Notes: generated by a model not told the origin, from the sequence alone. Shown: positions 10,918 to 19,938, counted from the first letter of the stretch. The stretch: 36,007 nucleotides of DNA from Pseudomonadota bacterium (GCA_039178995.1 JBCDEX010000002.1:1-36007), one strand, 5' to 3'. Numbers and translations are program-made.

Positions 10918-10975
10918 CACATTTCACGCATAAAAAAGCGGATCGTATGATCCGCTTTTTTATGCGTGAAATGTG
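10918..10975. terminator. Very long perfect palindrome / bidirectional terminator between alkB and deaD
   Basis: CACATTTCACGCATAAAAAAGCGGATC-gtat-GATCCGCTTTTTTATGCGTGAAATGTG. It has 27-bp perfect arms, and the core is GCGGATC/GATCCGC flanked by A6/T6. Confidence 0.8.
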
Positions 10976-10980
10976 AGAAC

Positions 10981-12798
10981 TTAGTCTGCACGCTTAGGAC
11001 GACGACCTGCGCTGTTACTTTTACGCTTACGTGCGCGGCGTTTTGCAGGCGCTGAATTGCCACGTTGATTGCCATTGCCACGACTGCTTGATTTACTCAC
11101 GGTGATATTGAACTTTTGTCCGTTTAAGTTCGCTTTGGTCAGCAAGGTCAAGGTGTCTTTGTTTAGATCAGCTGGCAAGTCGATGATCGTGTGCTTATCA
11201 CGAATATCAATTGAACCAACGTCTTTACTGTCGATGTTGCCTTCGTTACACACCGCGCCCAAGATGTTCTTTGCGGCGACGTTGTGATCAGACCCGACCT
11301 CAATGCGGTAGCTTTTAAGTGACGCGTCATTGCTGCGCTTACGATCGCGTCCACGACCTGATTTTCGGTCGTTGCGTTTGCGGTCGTTACGCCCTTTATC
11401 AGACGGACGTTTGATGACGGGTTGATGCTTAACCATGAGCGGCTTTTTCTCTTGCGCCATACGCACAAGCGCAGCCACTAGATGCTCAATTTCAACGTCG
11501 CTGTTTTCTAAGAAGTCGTCGACTAACTCAAGGAAGAAGGTAAACTCGTCTTCTTCTAATAAGTTAAGTTGTTTCTGAATGCTGTCTTTGAATTGCTGCG
11601 TACGGATGACAGTGAGTTCTTCCGCTGTCGGTAAAAACATTTCTTCGACCACTTTGTTCGTGACGCGCTCGATGGTGTTTAAAAAGCGCTTTTCTCGTGG
11701 TTCAATGAATAAAATCGCGTCGCCTGTGCGCCCAGCACGTCCTGTTCGACCAATACGGTGAACGTAGGATTCAGCGTCAAACGGCACGTCGTAGTTGATG
11801 ACGTGAGTGATTCGGTCCACGTCCAAGCCGCGCGCGGCAACGTCGGTGGCGACAATGATGTCAATCTGTGAGTTTTTAATGCGTTTGATGACTTGCTCAC
11901 GTTGATTTTGCGCGATGTCGCCATTCAATGGTGAACTCTTAAACCCACGCTGTTGCAAACGGTCGCTGACTTCCGTGGTATTGGCTTTGGTGCGTACAAA
12001 TATAATGGTGGCATCGGTTTGCTCGCTTTCTAAAATTTGAATCAGCGCATCAAACTTTTGTCCGCGGTTGCAATAGAAGTAACGCTGATTGATCGAGTCG
12101 CCCGTGGTGGTTTTGACTTTGATCTTAACTTCTTCTGGTTCAATCAAATATTGCTGCGCAATTTTTTGAATTTGGCGTGGCATGGTTGCTGAGAGCAGCG
12201 CCGTTTGACGTGTCTCTGGCAGTTGATCCATGATCCACTGAATGTCGTCGATGAATCCCATGCGCAACATTTCGTCGGCTTCGTCCAACACCAATTGTTC
12301 GATGTGATCCGATTTCAGTGTGCCGCGGCGGATGTGATCCATCATACGTCCCGGCGTGCCGACAATGATCTGTGCGCCGGCTTTTAACTGCTTCAATTGA
12401 GGTCCAAAGTCTTGCCCTCCATAAATGGGAAGTATCTTCACTTTTTTCATGAACTTAGAGTAGGACTTAAACGCTTCGGCAACCTGCATCGCCAGCTCAC
12501 GTGTTGGCGCGAGCACCAATACCTGAGGTGCCATCAAGGATTGATCTAAATTATTCAAAATGGGCAAGGCAAACGCAGCGGTTTTACCGGTACCTGTTTG
12601 TGCTTGTCCAAGGACATCACGCCCTTTGAGCATGAACGGAATGATTTTTTCTTGAATGGGTGAGGGCGTTACATACCCTAAACCGTTAAGCGCTTCGAGG
12701 ATTTCCGGCTTTAGATTGAGTTGCTCAAACGTGGGGGTATTGTCTTTCGCTGTTTCTACAGTGTCTACAGTCTCAGTGTACTGGTCGGTATTCGTCAT
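10981..12798 (-). CDS. deaD: DEAD-box ATP-dependent RNA helicase (DeaD/CsdA-like)
   Basis: AQTGTGKTAAF (motif I), VLDEADEM (DEAD), SAT and HRIGRTGRAG (motif VI), followed by a long Arg/Lys-rich C-terminal extension. The preferred start is ATG at 12798 (MTNTDQY). The ORF track extends to 12825. Confidence 0.93.
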   Translation of the reverse strand: MTNTDQYTETVDTVETAKDNTPTFEQLNLKPEILEALNGLGYVTPSPIQEKIIPFMLKGRDVLGQAQTGTGKTAAFALPILNNLDQSLMAPQVLVLAPTRELAMQVAEAFKSYSKFMKKVKILPIYGGQDFGPQLKQLKAGAQIIVGTPGRMMDHIRRGTLKSDHIEQLVLDEADEMLRMGFIDDIQWIMDQLPETRQTALLSATMPRQIQKIAQQYLIEPEEVKIKVKTTTGDSINQRYFYCNRGQKFDALIQILESEQTDATIIFVRTKANTTEVSDRLQQRGFKSSPLNGDIAQNQREQVIKRIKNSQIDIIVATDVAARGLDVDRITHVINYDVPFDAESYVHRIGRTGRAGRTGDAILFIEPREKRFLNTIERVTNKVVEEMFLPTAEELTVIRTQQFKDSIQKQLNLLEEDEFTFFLELVDDFLENSDVEIEHLVAALVRMAQEKKPLMVKHQPVIKRPSDKGRNDRKRNDRKSGRGRDRKRSNDASLKSYRIEVGSDHNVAAKNILGAVCNEGNIDSKDVGSIDIRDKHTIIDLPADLNKDTLTLLTKANLNGQKFNITVSKSSSRGNGNQRGNSAPAKRRARKRKSNSAGRRPKRAD

Positions 12799-13165
12799 AG
12801 TTAAACCTTTGGTCGTGCACGGCACGATTAAATTAATCGAAAGAAGTCATTTAAAGGCGTGCGCTGAGTGCGGCCGTTAAGGTGTCTCGATCGGGATGTT
12901 TCAGCGCGTCAGGGTGCTAAGACCATGGGCTGACGTCAACAACTCATCCACTTATCAGGTAACACATACAGGCTTTGCAGATCTCAATGGCGATTAACTC
13001 ATGAATGGAGCTGAGCGAGTCATGGCGAAACTGAGATGATCAAGGATCGGAAATGTATGCCGCTAATGCTGGGCTGAGGGGTTTCGCCGCGAAGTATAGA
13101 GGATTATGCGGATGAATGCACGCGTCCATGTGATTGGACGCGGTGAGCGCTGTGTGAGTATTTGG

Positions 13166-13891
13166 CTATTCGTAGTGGTTGATCGTCTGTCGCCCAGATG
13201 CATGGCAGCTCTGACAAGCGAGTTTTCCAGCCGATGGAGGCAGTGGCAATTGGATTTTCCCCAGCCTTATGAACGGAGCCAGCGGGCTGTTCCACTGATC
13301 GATGATGCCGTCCGTTTTGGTCAAATCGTCGTAAATGGTGTCAATTAATTCTGGGTACGGGTAGTTATGCTGTGTTGCATAGCTGCGCGCTTTGTCGAAT
13401 GCGATGGTCATCTTGTCCATCTCACCAAGTCGCGCATGGCCTTCGGCAATGGCAATTTGCATGCCGACTTCTTTGAACGGAGCCGAGGAGGAGTTGCGTC
13501 GGCAGGAGATCGTGTTGCAGCCATTCAACGTCGTCAGTCCTTCGCGCACCTTGTCGTCTTGGATTAAGAACATGTTCGCCATCGAACCCACCACAATGCC
13601 TTCTGAGCCTTTTGTAGGGCCATAGGTGTGCGTAATGTTGTTTAAGTTATTGATGTGCTGTTGTCCGAGTGTGTCGTCGCCCATGGCGTAGCCGAGATAG
13701 GTGTTTAAGTAATAATGCAATGATTGCAGATTGGGGCTGTCTGGATCGAGTGTCATCGCAGAGTTTGAATACATCAGCGCCGTCAACACGTTGAGAATAT
13801 TCGCAGGGTTAAAGATCGCTCCTTGTACGTAAAGGCCAACGTGGCTGAAGGCAATGAAGGTCTTAATGCGAGCTTCGACCTTCTTGCTCAT
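13166..13891 (-). CDS. Hypothetical protein ending in CxxCH; probably the distal part of one gene interrupted by an in-frame TGA
   Basis: 241-aa ORF with no signal peptide and no SD before its ATG (CGCGCACACGGCATG). Its C-terminus reads ...SAGKLACQSCHASGRQTINHYE. It is in the same frame as the upstream ORF 13904-14200. Confidence 0.6.
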   Translation of the reverse strand: MSKKVEARIKTFIAFSHVGLYVQGAIFNPANILNVLTALMYSNSAMTLDPDSPNLQSLHYYLNTYLGYAMGDDTLGQQHINNLNNITHTYGPTKGSEGIVVGSMANMFLIQDDKVREGLTTLNGCNTISCRRNSSSAPFKEVGMQIAIAEGHARLGEMDKMTIAFDKARSYATQHNYPYPELIDTIYDDLTKTDGIIDQWNSPLAPFIRLGKIQLPLPPSAGKLACQSCHASGRQTINHYE

Positions 13892-13903
13892 GCCGTGTGC
13901 GCG

Positions 13904-14200
13904 TCAGACGTATTGTTTTGCGCGTTGATTCCACTGAGCCAAGGCATCGTAATCGCCATTTCCGATGTGTCCCCAAAACTCTTGTTCCAGCGCGTACTCA
14001 TAGTTGGAGTCGGATTGACACCACCATGGCACGACAAAGTCACAGGTCCACGGAAGGTCCGCTGCGGGTGGATTGAATATGTCTCCAGTCGGTGTGAACG
14101 CGGGTTGCTGTTCGCTGGGAAGAATATCGGACGCAACATGAGTCGACAGAGACAGCATGCTGACAAGCACTATGAGTAGTTGCAATGAAAACGTGTTCAT
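13904..14200 (-). CDS. Signal-peptide-bearing hypothetical protein; probable N-terminal part of the TGA-interrupted gene
   Basis: ATG at 14200 is preceded by AGGTG. MNTFSLQLLIVLVSMLSLSTHVAS is a signal peptide. The ORF ends at TGA (13904-13906), only 4 codons before the next in-frame ATG. Confidence 0.55.
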   Translation of the reverse strand: MNTFSLQLLIVLVSMLSLSTHVASDILPSEQQPAFTPTGDIFNPPAADLPWTCDFVVPWWCQSDSNYEYALEQEFWGHIGNGDYDALAQWNQRAKQYV

Positions 14201-14419
14201 AAGAGGCACCTGACGTATTAATTATTAAACTTCATCAAAGACTTACTTACATGTCTATTACACTTTGAGTATATCGTTAACTCAATCTGGAATACCAGCG
14301 CTATCTATGGGATGCGTGAGGTTGTTGGTCATCGCTCATGAGACACTAGTGGTATGCTGTGGTGGATATAGGCACTCGATGTGAGAGGGGTGCGTCATGA
14401 CAAACAAAGAGAGTGCACT

Positions 14420-14875
14420 ATGAAAATGTGGGTAGATGCTGACGCGTGTCCGGTGTCGGTTAAAAAAACCTTGTTTAAAGCGTCTAAGCGCACGGGCATT
14501 GAGTTGACCTTGGTGGCGAATCACAGCATGAGCGTGCCAGCGTCGCCATTGGTTACCTTGTACATCGTGCCTCAGGGGTTTGATGTGGCGGATAACTACA
14601 TTGAACAACACATTGAATCAGGTGATGTGTTGGTGACTCAAGACATTCCGTTAGCCGCAGATGCGGTGGAGAAAGGGGCGCATGTGTTGAACCCGCGAGG
14701 TGATTTATACACGCCAGAAAACATCAAGCACCGCTTGCGCATGCGCAATATGGCCGAAATCCTTCGTAATGCGGGTCAGCTTGATGGCGGTGGTCCACCG
14801 GCTTTTTCAGCCACTGACCAGCGGCAATTTGCCAATGCATTGGATCGATTGTTGACGAAATACGGATCATGTTGA
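14420..14875 (+). CDS. yaiI: UPF0178 family protein (YaiI/YqxD)
   Basis: MKMWVDADACPV...VTQDIPLAA... is typical of UPF0178. The preferred start is ATG at 14420. The ORF track begins at 14381. Confidence 0.85.
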   Translation: MKMWVDADACPVSVKKTLFKASKRTGIELTLVANHSMSVPASPLVTLYIVPQGFDVADNYIEQHIESGDVLVTQDIPLAADAVEKGAHVLNPRGDLYTPENIKHRLRMRNMAEILRNAGQLDGGGPPAFSATDQRQFANALDRLLTKYGSC

Positions 14876-14894
14876 AAAAAAGCACCAAAACCAG

Positions 14895-14930
14895 TTGACA
14901 ACCATAACGTAAATAATAATAATTCTCATC
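14895..14930 (+). promoter_or_regulatory. Sigma-70 promoter overlapped by a Fur-box-like site
   Basis: Perfect -35 TTGACA (14895-14900), a 17-nt spacer, then -10 AATAAT (14918-14923). AATAATAATAATTCTCATC (14912-14930) matches the Fur consensus GATAATGATAATCATTATC at 14 of 19 positions by manual alignment, and it covers the -10. Confidence 0.55.
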
Positions 14931-14982
14931 AAGATCTATAGATCGTTTTTATTTTTATTTAATTCAAGAGCAAGGAATCGGT

Positions 14983-16086
14983 ATGCGTGCATTGGTGTTG
15001 TTGTTATTAATGGGAGTGTTCGGCTCCAGTTGGGCAAATGAAGACGCATTGCGTCAAGAAGTAAGCGAATTGAAACAGCGTTTAGACGCTGTGGCTTCGC
15101 AGGTGGAGAACAACGACGCGTCGTCAAAGGCTTCGAAACTGTCGTTTGGTGGCTACGGTGAGCATCACTTAAACATCAATAAAGGCGGAGACAACCAAGT
15201 CGACGCGCATCGTTTTGTCATGTTCTCTGGCTACCAGTTCAATGACAAAGTGAGCTTACAAACGGAGCTTGAAGTAGAGCATGGTTTGGCGGGCGACGGT
15301 AAACCTGGTGAAGTGGAAGTGGAACAAGCGTACATCAACGTTAAAGCCACGCCAGACACCGATGTTAAAATCGGCCAATTTCTGATTCCTGTCGGTACGA
15401 TCAACGAAAAGCATGAGCCAGATACGTTTTACGGTGTCGAGCGTCCCGCGTACACGAAGCGCATTATTCCAACCACTTGGTGGGAAGCGGGTGTGATGGT
15501 GGCCGGTAAATTGGGTGAGAACGCCAAGTACCATGCAGGGGTGCATTCAGGGTTGAATGTTCAAGACACGGGCACTGATTTGAAGGCCATTCGCAGTGGG
15601 CGTCAAAAGAACGCCAAAGCCAAAGCCAACAGCGCAGCATTCACCACGGGCGTTTCTTACACACCCGTTGCTGGTGTGAAAGTGGGTGCCAATGTGAACT
15701 ATCAAACCGACATCACACAGGGCGCTCAAGACGTACAAGCATTATTCTCAGAAGTGCATGCAGTGGTTCAAAAAGGCAACATGGGCTTAAAAGCGGAATA
15801 CGGTCGGTGGGATGTGGATACGAAGGATGCTGCTTATAAGGAACAAAGCGGTTATTACATTGAACCGTCGTACAAAGTGACGCCCAAGGTCGGTGTGTTT
15901 GCGCGTTACTCTGACTTAGAGTACGCAGGTGGAACGGCCAGTCCAAAAGAAGAAACATATAAAACGGTGGGTGCGAACTATTCACTGCATAAGAATGTCG
16001 TATTAAAAGCAGACTATCAAAAAGTGAACAAAAAGGGTTCAGATGATGCCAGTTCAGTTAATCTCGGTGTGGGTTGGAGCTATTAA
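14983..16086 (+). CDS. Outer-membrane beta-barrel, porin-like (OprO/P-like architecture)
   Basis: Signal peptide MRALVLLLLMGVFGSSWA, then a short N-terminal coiled coil (LRQEVSELKQRLDAVASQVE). Amphipathic strands alternate through the rest, and the C-terminus ...NLGVGWSY ends in an aromatic residue. Confidence 0.75.
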   Translation: MRALVLLLLMGVFGSSWANEDALRQEVSELKQRLDAVASQVENNDASSKASKLSFGGYGEHHLNINKGGDNQVDAHRFVMFSGYQFNDKVSLQTELEVEHGLAGDGKPGEVEVEQAYINVKATPDTDVKIGQFLIPVGTINEKHEPDTFYGVERPAYTKRIIPTTWWEAGVMVAGKLGENAKYHAGVHSGLNVQDTGTDLKAIRSGRQKNAKAKANSAAFTTGVSYTPVAGVKVGANVNYQTDITQGAQDVQALFSEVHAVVQKGNMGLKAEYGRWDVDTKDAAYKEQSGYYIEPSYKVTPKVGVFARYSDLEYAGGTASPKEETYKTVGANYSLHKNVVLKADYQKVNKKGSDDASSVNLGVGWSY

Positions 16087-16102
16087 GTCAGCGTCGCAAT
16101 TC

Positions 16103-16645
16103 ATGCGCAAAGGAATACAACATCTCTCCAATGTTGTTAAGGTGGCACTGCTCGGTGTCGCCTTTTTTGCGTTGTCGGTAACGTCATTGGTTCAAGCGAA
16201 AGACAGCACAGGTTCAAAAGTGGTTGCTCATCCCTATGAGTACTTCTGGCTGAAAAAAACGCAAAAGGAAGCGCTCAAACGCTTGTTCGAGCCGACGTAT
16301 TTGCCCATTCGATTCAAGTACAGCAAGGTGGAACACGGTCATGACTGGCTGATCAAAGAATACGGCAAAGAGCAATTGATCGATTATAAAGTGCGTGTAA
16401 AACACAACGCCATAGCATCGATTCAAGTCATGGAGTATCGTGAGTCATACGGCGGTGAGATCAAACAATCGCGGTTCCGAGATCAGTTTGTGGGCGCGAC
16501 CTTAAGGCCGGTCAAACAATCGTATGCCTTATCCAAACGGATTGATGGCATCAGCGGTGCGACGATCTCGGTCAATTCAACAAAACGCATCGCTGCCATG
16601 GCGTTGTTCTTAGAGAACGAATTGGCTCAACAACCAGAGAAATGA
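16103..16645 (+). CDS. Membrane-anchored/periplasmic FMN-binding domain protein (flavinylation motif)
   Basis: N-terminal anchor VALLGVAFFALSVTSLVQA. The C-terminal RIDGISGATISVNS matches the D-x-x-[ST]-G-A-[ST] covalent-FMN acceptor motif. The preferred start is ATG at 16103. The ORF-track start at 16043 overlaps the porin gene. Confidence 0.75.
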   Translation: MRKGIQHLSNVVKVALLGVAFFALSVTSLVQAKDSTGSKVVAHPYEYFWLKKTQKEALKRLFEPTYLPIRFKYSKVEHGHDWLIKEYGKEQLIDYKVRVKHNAIASIQVMEYRESYGGEIKQSRFRDQFVGATLRPVKQSYALSKRIDGISGATISVNSTKRIAAMALFLENELAQQPEK

Positions 16646-16646
16646 T

Positions 16647-17306
16647 GTGATCTTCAGTCGTAAAACATGGTTGACCTGCCATCGATTGATTGGGCTATAT
16701 TCGTTGGTGTTTTTGCTCACATTGGCGGTGTCGGGCCTGGTGCTGAGTTTTTCAGATGCGCTTAAACTGGAAACGCGACAGGTGTTCTCACATGCTCAAA
16801 CCCTCCAGCTTAGTGAGCACCGTGTGACGCTGTCTGGCGAGCGGGTTGAGTTGGATGGCATCGACGCCGGCGTTCGGTGCCATGGTCCCATTGCTGGGGT
16901 GGTGGACTTGACAGAACAGGGTCAGGTGGGTGTTCAAATAGTGTGTCAAAATGCCGTGTATTGGTTGAGCAGGGAAGGTGATGTGATCGACAGCATCAAT
17001 GTCTCAAGCGTGAATCGTCCGATCACTCGCAGCACGTACTCCAGCAAAGGGTTATTGCTTGAAACGTCAAAAGGAATGTTGAATTGGCAGCTCGAGCCGT
17101 CCACATTAGTATCCGTGATCCCTCCATCTCAGTCTTTGCCTCCCTTGCCAAGTATTGACCATCAAGGCACTAACATGGCGCAATGGGTGTTGAATCTTCA
17201 CACAGGATTGATTGCCGGAGACCTTGGTCGCTGGTTAATGCGCCTGGCCGGATTGGGGTTAATTTTACTGTGTGTGTCCGGACTCAAAAACGCATTGCGT
17301 CGGTGA
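16647..17306 (+). CDS. PepSY-associated TM-helix protein (short, two-TM form)
   Basis: GTG start 1 nt after the upstream stop. The N-terminal W..CHRLIGLYSLVFLLTLAVSGLVL and C-terminal LNLHTGLIAGDLGRWLMRLAGLGLILLCVSGL are the two PepSY_TM-type helices. Confidence 0.7.
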   Translation: MIFSRKTWLTCHRLIGLYSLVFLLTLAVSGLVLSFSDALKLETRQVFSHAQTLQLSEHRVTLSGERVELDGIDAGVRCHGPIAGVVDLTEQGQVGVQIVCQNAVYWLSREGDVIDSINVSSVNRPITRSTYSSKGLLLETSKGMLNWQLEPSTLVSVIPPSQSLPPLPSIDHQGTNMAQWVLNLHTGLIAGDLGRWLMRLAGLGLILLCVSGLKNALRR

Positions 17307-17469
17307 TATCAACGCAATTGGTACGATAACGTAGATTGTGCTTGCCAGTGCTGAGTAATCTCAATTTTATCTTCAGCTAAGCTAGTATTTGCTGTTCTGT
17401 TTTTTGATAAAGAAAAATGGGTATCGATTGAAGTAATTATGTCGCCAGAATGTTAAATATTGAAATCAA

Positions 17470-19718
17470 CTACTGAGACCAGTTTAAGCCGTCGCTTGAA
17501 TGCCACGATTCGTTGTTGATGGTGGTGTTGCCACCGCCGCCGATTAAGATCAGTCGGTTATTGTGGGTGTTCAGAGTGTGATTGGTGCGTATGCCAAACG
17601 GGGCGGTGGATGTAATTTGGAACCATTTACGTCCGTCGTTACTTGACCAAATGTCTTGAGTCGTACCGAATGTGGTTTGACCTCCAACCATCCAAAGCGC
17701 TCGATTCATGACCGTGATTTTGTGCTCTCCGCGCTTTACAAACTCGGCAGATTTTTTGACTTGTCGCCAAGTGATGCCGTCGGTACTCGACCAAATGTCA
17801 TTGGACTTAATGACGCCACCCGTCGATTGCATTTGATCGCCACCGATGACCCAAAGCTGTTTATTGAATGCGACACTTTGGTGGTTAAAGCGGGGGTTAA
17901 ATAGCTCAGAGGTGTTTTCTTTAAACCATGTCGAGCCATTGCTGCTCCACCACACGTCATTGAGTGTGCTGGTGTTGGCGCCACCGATCAGCCACAATCG
18001 ACCGTCAAACTGAGTCACTGTGTGTCCAAATCGAGCAGGGAAACCCGCGTCACCGGTTTCCATTTGCCAGTTCATACCGTCGCCTGATGACCACACGTCG
18101 TTTAGTGGTTTGTTGTTACGATCGATGCCGCCAACGAGCCACAATCGATTGTTGAAACTCACGACTTGATGGTCTTTGCGTGGGGTGAAGCGTTGGCTTG
18201 GTGCAGCGCGCTTCCAGTTGTCTCGCTGTCCGTTGAGTGACGAGAAAATGTCATTGCTGATGGCGCTATTACTTTGGCCGCCAATGATCCACAGCTTGCC
18301 ATTGTATGACACCGTTTGGTGGCCGCCTAAGTTAGGCAATTGTTTCCTTAGCACATTGTCCTCTTCTTGCGCTTGAGCGTTGTTCTCTGAGGACGACTCG
18401 TCAATCGATTCATTGGAGGAGCTGGAATTAGACGTCGACGTGCTGCTTGATGAGTTGTTGTTTGACTCGTCTGAGGTCTCCGTCGACTCAGTCTCTTCAG
18501 TGGGTGCTGGGTTGGCTGAAAACGCTGGGATCACCGCACCTAAAATACGCGATGCGGAAAATGAGCTGGATTTGTTTGGGGCCGCGCCATTGACGTTTAA
18601 TTGATAGGACACGCGTGCTTGGGCAAATTTCTTATCCGCTCGTTTAGTGGCCATGATGGTCGTCCAGCCTTTACTTATGAGTGTGACTCGGCCTGTCGTT
18701 GGATCAACGGTTGCAACACTTGGGTTGCTGCTGGTGTAGGTGATCTCTCCAGAGCCATCACCGCCATCGGCTTGGTTGACGTAAGACTCCGTACTCAGGT
18801 GTCGGCTGACACTGCCGGATTCTGTGAATGCAATGCGTTGCTTTTGGACGCCGACCACTTTGATCGTATATTTGGCCTGAGCCATTGCGTAGCCTTTGTC
18901 TTCCGCTTTGGTGGCGCTGATGACTGCAGACCCTTCGCGAAGCAGACTGACTGCTCCGGAGCTCGTGTTCACGCGGGCGATTTTGGTATCGCTGCTGCTT
19001 TAGGTGATTTTGCCTTTGCCGTCACCGCCAGACGCTGTATTGATAAATTCGCTTTCGGTGATTGTTTTGGTGACTGTCCCCGGCTGGGAAAATGAAATTT
19101 CTTGTGTCTGCTTGCCCGACACTCTGATTTCGTATTGTATGGAGGCGCTCGCGTATTGCTCGTCTTCTGCCTTTGTCGCGGTAATCAACGCGGTGCCACT
19201 GCCTGTGATCGTGACACGTCCCGTTTTTTTATCTACCTCGGCCACGCGTTCGTTATTGCTCTCGTAGGTGATGTCTCCCGATCCTTTGCCCCCAGATGCG
19301 GTGTTGCTGAACTCGCCGTCTTTGATGGTCTTGGTCATTGCGCCTGATGCTTGAAACATAATGGATTGCGCGTGTTTTGTGTTGTGGCGCGAAAGCGGGT
19401 GGTGGAGGAATTGTAGGTGCTGTCACCCGCCTTTGTGGCGATGATATCGACGCTTCCAGCTGTGATTGGTGATATGTGTGCGCTTTGTTTGTCGACTTTT
19501 GCAATGCGTGTGTCAGAGCTCTTATAGGTAATCTTTCCAACGCCTAATCCGCCCGTGACTTTGATGGCGAGTTCGGAGTCTATTTTTAGGTTAATGGTCG
19601 ACAACGGGAAGGTGATGGTTTGGTTTTTTTTCTCAGGTGAGTCGGCTGGCTCAGAATCGCAGCGTGTCAGTGCAAACGCGATGCAACTGAAGATGACGGT
19701 CATCAGTACGATTCGCAT
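17470..19718 (-). pseudogene. Disrupted lipoprotein gene: four Big_2-like Ig repeats + Ser-rich linker + six-bladed Kelch/BNR-like propeller
   Basis: Three ORF fragments (19335-19718, 19000-19359, 17470-18972) read as one repeat-containing protein. It starts with the lipobox FALTRC. The repeats carry ITY-SS...VA.VD..TGRVT...ATKA.D. The six blades carry R..H......LW.IGG and W.SSDG..W. It is broken by a frameshift near 19365-19385 and an in-frame TAA at 19000-19002. Confidence 0.75.
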
Positions 19719-19901
19719 GATTGGCAGGCCCCTCGTGGTGAGTGTTAATTATTTAAACGTTGGTTGAATATATGATAATTGCAAACTGAGTACAAGCGCT
19801 TCGGTGAAAAGATAAAAAGCGTATCTAGCTGCTTGTTTTCAAAGGGGTGACAGGGTACGATTTTTCGCGTTGGATGGGTGTGAAGCAAGAATGCGCAGGC
19901 G

Positions 19902-19938
19902 AAAAAAATGGCTTGAGAATCGGTTTTCAAGCCATTTT
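19902..19938 (-). terminator. Intrinsic terminator of the 1065-aa protein gene
   Basis: The minus strand reads AAAATGGCTTGA-aaaccgattc-TCAAGCCATTTTTTTC. It is a 12-bp stem followed by a T-run. Confidence 0.7.

Noticed and set aside
13121-13142. The hairpin CGCGTCCA-tgtgat-TGGACGCG could be the terminator of the CxxCH protein gene
   Set aside because: No T-tract follows on the minus strand. It may just be part of the long deaD 5' leader, and its function cannot be assigned.
13904-13906. The in-frame TGA could encode selenocysteine
   Set aside because: The only downstream structure I can draw is a 7-bp stem (GAAGGTC/GACCTTC) with a 14-nt loop starting about 22 nt after the UGA. That does not resemble a bacterial SECIS. 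The local context (QYV-x-RAHG) is not a redox motif, and no sel genes are visible. It remains only a remote alternative in the related finding.
16043-16102. An FMN-binding protein start that overlaps the porin gene
   Set aside because: The extension (MMPVQLISVWVGAIKSASQF) lies inside the porin's last beta-strands in another frame. The ATG at 16103 gives a normal basic-hydrophobic signal anchor.
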